DNA of 64,000 nt from Acidobacteriota bacterium (GTDB lineage Bacteria; Acidobacteriota; Thermoanaerobaculia; Thermoanaerobaculales; Sulfomarinibacteraceae): positions 12,076 to 76,075 of the forward strand of contig JAADFK010000037.1 of assembly GCA_013152925.1 (NCBI GenBank), written 5' to 3'. Position 1 is the first letter of the stretch, and every line of letters starts with the position of its first letter. Shown here in pieces: positions 19,468 through 27,220 of the stretch. The notes under the pieces are model-generated. The model did not search any database. It was not told where the DNA came from and saw only the letters and a program-made list of their open reading frames with translations. Position numbers and translations under genes: made by a program.

Positions 19468-19835
19468 CCCCATCGCCATGGGCCATGCGGGTGAAGAGAC
19501 CGTATGATCGGCGGCCCGGTGGGCGAAACGCCGCGCCGCCGTCGACACGGCTCCGTCCGCCCCTGGGGGTGCCAACGACCGTGACGTTGACCGGGAGCCC
19601 GCTGACGGCGGCGGGCGTGACGGGCATCGAGCTGTTCGCCGCCGCCCAGGCGCTGGACCTCCGGGACTTCACGCCGGGACGTGGTACCCGTGCGGCACAC
19701 ACCGCCGTCCGCTGGCGGCTCGAGCTTCTCGAGGAGGATCGTCCCCTGCACCGGGACCACAAGATGATGGTGGAGCTGGTGCGGAGCCTGGAGATCCTCG
19801 ACGCGGTGGAGGAGGAGATCGGGCGTCTCCAGTGA
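19468..19835 (+). pseudogene. 3'-terminal remnant of a histidine/aromatic amino-acid ammonia-lyase gene
   Basis: ORF 19485..19835 ends ...VTGIELFAAAQALDLRDFTPGRGTRAAHTAVRWRLELLEEDRPLHRDHKMMVELVRS. This resembles the last ~85 aa of HutH-type lyases (..IELLxAAQAxDLR...EDR..). The ~420 N-terminal residues are absent, and the upstream frames look shifted. Confidence 0.5.
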
Positions 19836-19848
19836 GGCGCTCTGGGCG

Positions 19849-20565
19849 GTGCGGCGGTATGATGGTTCCATGAGCGCCGTGCGCAAGAACGTCTTGCTGG
19901 TGGGAGTGGACCGGGAAGTGGTGGAGCGTCTGGTGCCGCTGCTCAAGCGGCGGGATATCGACGTGCTCTCCACCGCGCCTTCACCGGCGGTGCTCAACCT
20001 GCTTCGGGACACGCCTTTCGATCTCCTGGTGGTTCACTATCCCCTGGGTCGGCCCGGCCTCGAGGCGTTTCTGGAAGAGGTCCGTTCCCCCGAGTCGTTC
20101 TGCAGGAATGCCGGGGTCATCCTCGTGGCGGAGGACTCGCAGATGGAGGAGGCACTTCGGTTCGAAGGCGCCGGAGTCAACCGGGTGATGACGGCCCAGT
20201 GGACCGGTGGGCATCTCTGGCAGGCGCTGGCGGACCTCCTCCAGGTGGCGCCGCGGGTGGCCGTTCGTACCTTGGCCCACCTGGACATTCAGCTGGGTAG
20301 GGGCCGGGCGGAAGACCTGGCGCGTTCGGTCAACCTTTCGGCCACGGGGATCCTGCTGGAGGCGCCGGCGCGGGTCCGCCCGGGAACGCCGCTGCGGCTG
20401 ACATTCCGGCTTCCCGAGGAGCTCCGCCCGGTGAGGGGGGCGGGGGAGGTCGTTCGGGTGACCCAGGCCGAGCGCGAGGGCGTGGACGGCTTCGCCGTCC
20501 GCTTCCTCAACCTGGAAGCCGATGGCGCCGAACGTGTGGGGGAGTGGGTGGCCGCCCGCCGTTGA
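19849..20565 (+). CDS. pseudo-receiver + PilZ domain c-di-GMP-binding protein
   Basis: The N-terminal CheY-like fold has His where the phospho-acceptor Asp is expected (FDLLVVHYPL). The C-terminal PilZ has RVAVR (RxxxR) and NLSATG (D/NxSxxG). The start could be GTG 19849 or ATG 19870. Confidence 0.8.
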   Translation: MRRYDGSMSAVRKNVLLVGVDREVVERLVPLLKRRDIDVLSTAPSPAVLNLLRDTPFDLLVVHYPLGRPGLEAFLEEVRSPESFCRNAGVILVAEDSQMEEALRFEGAGVNRVMTAQWTGGHLWQALADLLQVAPRVAVRTLAHLDIQLGRGRAEDLARSVNLSATGILLEAPARVRPGTPLRLTFRLPEELRPVRGAGEVVRVTQAEREGVDGFAVRFLNLEADGAERVGEWVAARR

Positions 20566-20636
20566 GCCGGTCGGAAACACCGGTCTTCATCGCCGGCCCT
20601 GCAGAACGACAGGCTCTCGGTCCTCCCCTGCGGAGC

Positions 20637-22370
20637 TCAGAGCGACCGGGTGCGCTGCTCGAGAGCGGTGAGGCGAGCCGCGATGTCCTGTAGGCGTTCC
20701 CGGCGCTTCTCCAGGTGCTCCCGTTCCGAGCGGACGAAGCGTGTGTAGGGCGCGATGGTCTCCCGGATGCGCGCGAGGCTGGAGTCGGCCTCACGGTGAA
20801 ACTGCTCGGTGATGGCGCCCATCAGCTCGGTCCGCGTGGCCCCGATACGCTCCCGGAGGTTTTTCTTGGCACGGGCGCGCTTGGCCGGGATGATGAACAG
20901 ACCCAGCGTCGCCATGACGCCGGCCGCCAGCAGACCCGTCACGTCGGCCACCGTGGACGAGGCGATCAGGGCCACCGTGGCGCCGAGGCCGACGGCGCCG
21001 GCCTCCACCAGGGCGGTCCCGGCCACGGCCTGCTGGACGTCGGCTGCCATGCGGGAAGCCTCGGTCTCCCGGTCGTAGCCCTCCATGCCCTCCCGTGCGG
21101 CGCGTCCCACGGTCTCCAGGAGCCGGGTGCGGTCGGACTCGAAGCGGGCCCCCACATGGCCGACGATCCGGTCCGCGTGCCGGCTCCGGCGCAGGTTGAC
21201 GTGCTCGACCACGGCCTGCCACTGCCGGATGTCCGACTCCACGAGCCAGTCGATGATCGACTCGACCTTCCGCTCGATCTCCTGGGGGGCATCGGCGATG
21301 ACCATCCGCTCGAACTGGGAACGGATCCTCTCCTTCCGGACCAGGTCCGGGAGGCGGCCCAGGCGGATGGTCTCGTCGAAGAACTCCAGCCCCCGGACCT
21401 CCATCTGGTGGAGCACGTTGTCGATGTCGGCCAGGCGGAGCTTGAACTCGCGGTCGATGTCGGCACGGTAGGCCTCGAGCTGGCGCTCGATGTCGTCCAG
21501 GGCCGTGAAGTCCTCCTTGAGGAGCTCCAGCTGGCCGGTGACGTCGTCGAGCAGACCGCCCACCAGGCTGGTGGCGACCCCGATGGGGTTGAGAAGCTTC
21601 AGGCGGAGCCGTTCCGTCTCATCGAGGGTGTCGCGAAGGTACCGCTCGATGGCCGGGAGGCCGCTGCCCTCCAGGGCGTCCTCGTCACCCGCGGTCCGGG
21701 CCCCACGGGCCCACCGGGCGGAGACGGGAAACACGTGGGGGGTGATTCCCAGCATCCGCTGCGCCTGGGTCGTCACATACTCGGCGACCTCCTGAACCTG
21801 AAGCGGTCCTTCGAGAATGTCCTTCTTGTTGATGATGAAGAGGATCTTCTTGCCCCAATTCCGTATCCCCTCGAGGAACATCCGCTCGCTCTCGCTGAAC
21901 GGCCGGTCGGCCGAGGTGACGAAGAGGACGAGGTCCGAGCGGGGAACGAAACGGGCGGTGATGGCCTCGTGCTCCCTGTTGAGAGCGTTGGTGCCCGGCG
22001 TGTCGACGATGTCGACCTCGCGGAGCAGGGGAGCCGGGAAGGATACGCGGTCGATGGCGGGTCCCAGTGTCGAGCGCGACGGCTGTTCGCCCCAGGTGAT
22101 CAGCTGGATCTTCGAGGTGGTCGGGGTCACACCCTCGGTCAGTAGCTCCCCGCCCAGGATGGAGTTGATCAGCGCGCTCTTGCCGGCGTTGAACTCCCCG
22201 ACGACCACGAGGAGGAAGAGCTCGTCCAGCTGGCCGATGGACTGACCGAGACTCCGGCGATCGTCCTCCCGCGCATCGCTGGCGGCGAGAATTTCCGCGG
22301 CCTCGGCCAGGGCGGCGCGGACCTGGCGGACCAGCTCCTTTTGCGTCTCGGATAGGACGGTCTCCAACAT
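20637..22370 (-). CDS. bacterial dynamin-like GTPase
   Basis: 577 aa. G1 VVVGEFNAGKSALIN, G2/G3 context DTPGTNAL, NKKD (G4), and a hydrophobic paddle GAVGLGATVALIASS...LLAAGVMATLGLFII near the C-terminus. Confidence 0.85.
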   Translation of the reverse strand: MLETVLSETQKELVRQVRAALAEAAEILAASDAREDDRRSLGQSIGQLDELFLLVVVGEFNAGKSALINSILGGELLTEGVTPTTSKIQLITWGEQPSRSTLGPAIDRVSFPAPLLREVDIVDTPGTNALNREHEAITARFVPRSDLVLFVTSADRPFSESERMFLEGIRNWGKKILFIINKKDILEGPLQVQEVAEYVTTQAQRMLGITPHVFPVSARWARGARTAGDEDALEGSGLPAIERYLRDTLDETERLRLKLLNPIGVATSLVGGLLDDVTGQLELLKEDFTALDDIERQLEAYRADIDREFKLRLADIDNVLHQMEVRGLEFFDETIRLGRLPDLVRKERIRSQFERMVIADAPQEIERKVESIIDWLVESDIRQWQAVVEHVNLRRSRHADRIVGHVGARFESDRTRLLETVGRAAREGMEGYDRETEASRMAADVQQAVAGTALVEAGAVGLGATVALIASSTVADVTGLLAAGVMATLGLFIIPAKRARAKKNLRERIGATRTELMGAITEQFHREADSSLARIRETIAPYTRFVRSEREHLEKRRERLQDIAARLTALEQRTRSL

Positions 22371-22600
22371 GATCGCACCATAGCATGTTCAACGGCGACG
22401 GCCCAATCGCTTGCTTCCGACGGCCAGCGCCGCGCGAGACCTTGACAAGGCTTCCTCTGAAAACAAGAATGTTACCAGGAGGAATCCTGGACGGGCGCCT
22501 TGGGAGCACCCGCCAGTCATATCAGGAAGGGGGGTGAGATCCCATACCGGTCGTTTGTTGTACGACTTTATGATTTCTTGGACATGGTAAAGGAGGGGGT

Positions 22601-24343
22601 ATGGACGCGTTACTGGTCATGATCGTCGCGTTCGTCGGATTCATCGTCGCCTACCAGGTGTACGGAAAGTTCATCGGTAGGCGTATTTTCATGCTCTCCA
22701 AGACGGCCAAGGTGCCCGCCGTGGAGTTCGAGGACGGCATCGACTACGTGCCGACGCCCAAGGAGGTGATCTTCGGACACCACTACGCCTCCATCGCGGG
22801 CACCGGACCGATCGTCGGCCCGGCCATCGCCGTCATCTGGGGCTGGCTGCCCGCCCTGATCTGGATCGTCGTGGGTTCGATCGTGATCGGCGGCGTCCAC
22901 GACTTCGGCTCCCTGATCATCTCGATGCGGAACCAGGGCAAATCCATCGCGGAGTTCAGCGCCAAGTACGTGACGCCGCGCATCAAGTTCTTCTTCTTTA
23001 TCATCGTCTTCCTGGAGCTGCTTCTGGTCATCGCCATCTTCGGCCTGGTCATCGCGGTGATCTTCAAGATGTACCCGGGCTCGGTGTTCCCCGTCTGGAT
23101 GGAGATCCCCATCGCCGTGTACCTGGGCCACCTGATCTACAAGAAGGGGAAGAACATCACATCCTGGTCCATCGTCGCGGTCGTCGCCATGTACATCACC
23201 GTGGTCATGGGTTTCTTCCTGCCCTTCCATATGCCGGCCATTGCCGGCATTCCGGCGACAGGTGTGTGGACGATCATCCTCATGATCTACTGCTATATCG
23301 CCTCGATCCTTCCGGTGCAGACGCTGCTGCAACCACGTGACTTCATCAACGCGCACGAGTTGTTGATCGCCCTGGCCCTGTTGGTCCTTGGCGTCGTGGC
23401 TTCGGCCTTCGGCCCGAATTTCCACCTCGTGGCGCCGACCGTTCAGTCCACCCCGGCAGGAGCACCGCCGCTGTGGCCCTTCCTGTTCATCACCATCGCC
23501 TGCGGTTCCATCTCCGGCTTCCACTCCCTGGTCTCCTCGGGCACGTCGGCGAAGCAGGTTCGGAACGAACAGGACGCGCTCTTTGTCGGGTACGGCGCCA
23601 TGTTGATGGAGGGCGTGCTGTCGACCCTGGTCGTCGTGGCCACCTGCGCCGGGATCGGTATGGGCACCGTCACGAAGGCCGGCGAGCACCTCATCGGCCT
23701 CCAGGCCTGGACGACACACTATTCCTCCTGGGCCGCGGCCGCCGGGCTGGCCTCAAAGATCGGCGCCTTCGTCAACGGCTCGGCCAACATGATCGAGAGC
23801 ATCGGGATTCCCGTGGGGATCTCCATCGTCATCATGGGCGTCTTCGTTGCCTCCTTCGCCGGCACGACCATGGACACGGCGACCCGCGTCCAGCGGTACG
23901 TGGTGGCGGAGCTGGCCGGCGACCTCAAGCTGAGCTTCCTTACCGGCCGCTACACTGCGACCTTCATCGCTGTCGGTACGGCCCTGTTCCTGGCCTTCTT
24001 CACGGGAGCAAGCGGCAAGGGCGCGTTGAAGCTCTGGCCGCTCTTCGGCGCAACGAACCAGACCCTGGCGGCCCTGGCGCTGATCGTCGCCACCATTTAC
24101 CTCAGGGCCAAGGGCGGCGCCAAGTGGGTGGTCACCGGTGCGCCGGCGGCCTTCATGATCGTCATGACCGTCTGGGCCCTGGTTCTCAACCAGACGAAGT
24201 TCTACGCCAAGCACAACATCATGCTCGTCGTGCTCAATCTGGTGATTCTCATCGTCGCCCTGTGGATCGCGGTGGAGGGCCTGATCAAGTTCTTCAGCGT
24301 CGAGCCGCCGAAGACCGAGAAACCTGAGACCGCAACCACGTGA
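22601..24343 (+). CDS. cstA: carbon starvation protein A (peptide/pyruvate transporter family)
   Basis: 580 aa, polytopic. HHYASIAGTGPIVGPAIAVIWGWLPALIWIVVGSIVIGGVHDF is the CstA signature region. AAAGGAGGGGGT SD before the ATG. Confidence 0.95.
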   Translation: MDALLVMIVAFVGFIVAYQVYGKFIGRRIFMLSKTAKVPAVEFEDGIDYVPTPKEVIFGHHYASIAGTGPIVGPAIAVIWGWLPALIWIVVGSIVIGGVHDFGSLIISMRNQGKSIAEFSAKYVTPRIKFFFFIIVFLELLLVIAIFGLVIAVIFKMYPGSVFPVWMEIPIAVYLGHLIYKKGKNITSWSIVAVVAMYITVVMGFFLPFHMPAIAGIPATGVWTIILMIYCYIASILPVQTLLQPRDFINAHELLIALALLVLGVVASAFGPNFHLVAPTVQSTPAGAPPLWPFLFITIACGSISGFHSLVSSGTSAKQVRNEQDALFVGYGAMLMEGVLSTLVVVATCAGIGMGTVTKAGEHLIGLQAWTTHYSSWAAAAGLASKIGAFVNGSANMIESIGIPVGISIVIMGVFVASFAGTTMDTATRVQRYVVAELAGDLKLSFLTGRYTATFIAVGTALFLAFFTGASGKGALKLWPLFGATNQTLAALALIVATIYLRAKGGAKWVVTGAPAAFMIVMTVWALVLNQTKFYAKHNIMLVVLNLVILIVALWIAVEGLIKFFSVEPPKTEKPETATT

Positions 24344-24430
24344 TGGCCGCCTCGCACTGACCCGACAACCCCGGGGAAGCGCCTCGACGGCGGGGTGCTT
24401 CCCCGGTTCTTCTCTGGAGAGCCGGTGGAC

Positions 24431-24865
24431 ATGCAATCGAGACTCCGGAAGGTCTACATGGCGCTCGTGGGGCCCGCCGTCGCCCTGTTCGGAGCCCTTT
24501 ACGTGGTCAAGAAGTTGGAGCTCGTGGACACCGCAGCGATCCGGGCCGCCCATCCCCTGCTGGGCATGGGGATCTTCTTCCTCGGGGCCATGTTCGGCCT
24601 CGCCCTGCCACTTCTGCTCCGGACGCTCTTCGTGTACCGGCACCGGGCGGCGCAGCGCATCGAGGAGGAGGAGCTGTACGGATTCGAACGGCAGCTCCTC
24701 CTCGTCTCACTCGTCGCTCCGTACCTGGCCGTGCTGGCGGCGTTCTTCGAGATCCGGACCCTCTACTTCACCATGACCGTGCTGTCCGCCTTCTACGCTC
24801 TCTACTACTTCTACCCGTCGGAGAAACGGGTCAGCTACGAGAAAAGGATCTTCAGGGTGCGCTGA
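24431..24865 (+). CDS. small 4-TM membrane protein, unknown function
   Basis: ORF 24395..24865 trimmed to ATG 24431. Four hydrophobic helices with a charged segment RHRAAQRIEEEELYGFERQ between TM2 and TM3. Its stop overlaps the next ATG (TGATG). Confidence 0.6.
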   Translation: MQSRLRKVYMALVGPAVALFGALYVVKKLELVDTAAIRAAHPLLGMGIFFLGAMFGLALPLLLRTLFVYRHRAAQRIEEEELYGFERQLLLVSLVAPYLAVLAAFFEIRTLYFTMTVLSAFYALYYFYPSEKRVSYEKRIFRVR

Positions 24866-25152
24866 TGTCGTGGATCAAATGGATAGGACGTCAGGTTCGT
24901 GAAGCTTACCAGGTCAGTGACAAGGTGGCTCGCGGCAAGGCCGTGGAAACCCTCGAAGTTGAGCTGGGGGAGATGGAGAACGTCTTCAGTCTCCTGGTGC
25001 TTGGAGCCTTCGTCGGGTTGCCCTCACCGCCCATGCAGATCTCGTTGGACCTCATGCCCCACATGGAGAGGGAGCTGATCAAGATGACGCAGGAAGTCGA
25101 TACGGCCGTGACACCCATCTCCCGCCTCTTCTCGACCTTCGACATCGGATGA
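24865..25152 (+). CDS. small hypothetical protein (95 aa) with one central hydrophobic segment
   Basis: MSWIKWIGRQVREAY...VFSLLVLGAFVGLPSPP... Start and stop both overlap neighbours (TGATG, ATGA), which supports a real coupled gene. Confidence 0.6.
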   Translation: MSWIKWIGRQVREAYQVSDKVARGKAVETLEVELGEMENVFSLLVLGAFVGLPSPPMQISLDLMPHMERELIKMTQEVDTAVTPISRLFSTFDIG

Positions 25153-26057
25153 GGCCCATGGAAGCCGTCAACATCTTCTTTCTCGGCAAGGGCGGCGTTG
25201 GGAAGTCCACCTCCTCTGCGCTGACGGCCCTTTCACTGGCCCGGCGTGGTGACGATGTCCTTCTGGTTTCCCTCGATCCAGCGCACAACCAGGCGGACAT
25301 CTTCGAATCCCGTTTTTCGGACAAGCCGCGCCGCGTCGCGCCACACCTGGAGGTCGTGGAGATCGACCAGGAACGGTGGATCGAAAAGTACCTCAAGGGC
25401 GTTCACGAGGAGATCAACAGGAATTACCGCTACCTGACGGCCTTCAACCTTGAGAAGCATTTCGAGGTCATGCGCTACTCACCGGGTCTCGAGGAGTACG
25501 CCCTGATCCTGGCCTTCGAGGAGACCCGGAAGCGGTACCCCGACCACCGGTACATGGTCTGGGACATGGCGCCGACGGCCCTGTCGTTGAAGTTCTTCAA
25601 CCTGCCGGGCCTCTCCCTGGTCTGGATCAACCAGTTGCTGGCACTGCGCAAGGAGATCATCGCCAAGCGCGAGCTGATCACCAAGGTCCGGCTCCTCGAC
25701 CGGGAGGTGGAGACGGACAAGGTGCTCCGGCGGCTGGAGCGCTCTGTCGAGGAGTACACGGCCCTCGCGAGGCTCTTCCAGGATTCCGCCAGGACCCGGA
25801 TCGAGCTGGTGCTCAACCCCGATCGTCTCTCCCTGGCGGAATCCCGGCGCATCGTCACGGAGCTCAGGCGGATCGGTATTCGACTCCACCAGGTCGTCGT
25901 CAACAAGGTGTGGGACGGGGCCTCGCTCGAAGACCTGAAGCAGGAGTTTCGAGGCCTCCCGATGGTCACCGTCCCCCAGTCGGAGACCCAGCTGATAGGT
26001 CTTGACGTCCTCGTGGCCTACCTGGACGACAAGGGCCTGGACTTTCACGAGGCGTGA
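25149..26057 (+). CDS. ArsA/GET3/TRC40-family ATPase (single-domain)
   Basis: IFFLGKGGVGKSTSS (deviant Walker A), LLVSLDPAHNQADIF, WDMAPTALSLKFFNLP (switch II-like). Confidence 0.85.
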   Translation: MRPMEAVNIFFLGKGGVGKSTSSALTALSLARRGDDVLLVSLDPAHNQADIFESRFSDKPRRVAPHLEVVEIDQERWIEKYLKGVHEEINRNYRYLTAFNLEKHFEVMRYSPGLEEYALILAFEETRKRYPDHRYMVWDMAPTALSLKFFNLPGLSLVWINQLLALRKEIIAKRELITKVRLLDREVETDKVLRRLERSVEEYTALARLFQDSARTRIELVLNPDRLSLAESRRIVTELRRIGIRLHQVVVNKVWDGASLEDLKQEFRGLPMVTVPQSETQLIGLDVLVAYLDDKGLDFHEA

Positions 26058-26154
26058 CCAGGGGGCGATCGGCGCTGTGAGCTCCGGCGGGCAAAGGGGC
26101 CCCTCCCATGCTCCACGTCGGAGGACCTGTCCGGCACAGGGTACAATCCTCGTC

Positions 26155-26664
26155 ATGCAGGAGTCCGTTCTTCATCGTTTGAAACCGGCGGCGTCGGCCG
26201 GCGTGCACCTGCTGCTGGCGGCGTTGCTCTGGTCCGTGGTCGGCACGGTCCTGGCGATCTTCGGAGCACGGTGGATCTGGTTGGACTGGGGATGGCCCGG
26301 CACCGCCGCCGGCCTCGCCGCCGTCGCCATCGGCGTTGCCAAGTCCCGCTGGATTCTCGACCGGGCCGCGGCTCGCATGGCCACCCGCATCGCCGAGCGC
26401 GGCGACGGGCGGTGCATCGGCGGCTTCCTTTCCTGGAAGACCTGGCTCCTCGTGGCCCTGATGTCCGGGAGCGGCCGCCTGCTCCGCTTCCTCGTCGGCG
26501 CCAACGGCTTCATCGGCCTGCTCTACCTCGCCGTCGGCGTGGCCCTCGTCCGTTCCTCCCGCGTCCTGTGGCGTGAGCGCGGCCGGCTCCTGGGCCCGGC
26601 CGAGCTCCCCGCATCCGCTGGGCTGAACCGGCCACGGACGGAACGACGGAACAGGGGACGATGA
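26155..26664 (+). CDS. hypothetical 4-TM membrane protein; 3' end runs into CRISPR-like repeats
   Basis: ORF 26002..26664 trimmed to ATG 26155 (MQESVLHRLKPAASAGVHLLLAALLWSVV...). The last ~21 codons are encoded by repeat 1 plus the spacer, and the stop lies at the repeat 2 boundary. Confidence 0.55.
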   Translation: MQESVLHRLKPAASAGVHLLLAALLWSVVGTVLAIFGARWIWLDWGWPGTAAGLAAVAIGVAKSRWILDRAAARMATRIAERGDGRCIGGFLSWKTWLLVALMSGSGRLLRFLVGANGFIGLLYLAVGVALVRSSRVLWRERGRLLGPAELPASAGLNRPRTERRNRGR

Positions 26665-26691
26665 GCTCCCCGCATCCGCGGGGCTGAATAT
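26602..26691 (+). CRISPR. orphan mini-array: two 29-nt type I-E-like repeats with one 32-nt spacer
   Basis: R1 is 26602-26630, GAGCTCCCCGCATCCGCTGGGCTGAACCG. R2 is 26663-26691, GAGCTCCCCGCATCCGCGGGGCTGAATAT. Identity is 25/26 over the first 26 nt. The CCCCGC-N4-GCGGGG hairpin and ...AACCG tail resemble the E. coli-type I-E repeat. The 61-nt period equals 29+32. No cas genes are in the window. Confidence 0.5.
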
Positions 26692-26870
26692 CGCGGTGCG
26701 TGGACCTCTTGGCGGTTCGCACACCTCTCCGCCTACGCCGGATGCGGTCCCGGCATGCCGAATGGCTGGCGAACGGCCGTGCCGGCGAGAGACACGACGC
26801 GCCGGACCTCGAGAAGGCGTCCCTGCGGGATCCTCTCCCCTTGACGGATGGGATCGCCACCCTCGCCCAG

Positions 26871-27220
26871 GAGATCCCTCCACTTCGCGGTGCGTCGCAC
26901 CGCTCCGGCCGGGATGACGGGGAGGGATGGCTGCACCGCACCGCTCCGGTCGGGATGACGGGGAGGGATGGCCGCACCGCACCGCTCCGGTCGGGATGCC
27001 CTCCCCTGTCATCCCGACCGAGCGAGCGCAGCGAGCGAGTGGAGGGATCTCCCCGTGCTTGGCCGGTGGCTGGAGAGCCCCGCTTCACGCGGTGTCTGGT
27101 GAGATCCCTCCACTTCGCGGTGCGTCGCACCGCTCCGGTCGGGATGACGGGGAGGGATGGCTGCACCGCACCGCTCCGGTCGGGATGACAGGGAGGGATG
27201 GCCGCACCGCACCGCTCCGG
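26871..27220. repeat. composite REP/MITE-like repeat cluster
   Basis: 26871-26990 and 27101-27220 are 120-bp direct repeats differing at 2 positions. Each contains 41-bp tandem subunits (caccgcaccgctccggtcgggatgacggggagggatggc). An 11-bp perfect inverted repeat is at 26988-26998/27010-27020. The 13-bp GAGATCCCTCCAC at 26871 is inverted at 27039-27051. Confidence 0.85.

Noticed and set aside
26724-26752. Possible degenerate third CRISPR repeat in exact 61-nt phase
   Set aside because: Only 14/29 identities by eye, and the hairpin is lost. That is not distinguishable from background. Positions one period further out on either side (26541, 26785) are random-like (8/29).
27073-27103. GAGAGCCCCGCTTCACGCGGTGTCTGGTGAG resembles the CRISPR-like repeat (GAG..CCCCGC-loop-GCGG.G.CTG)
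   Set aside because: It needs an indel, has several mismatches including one in the stem, and is not in 61-nt phase with the two good repeats (offset 410 nt). CCCCGC/GCGG hairpins are common in GC-rich DNA.
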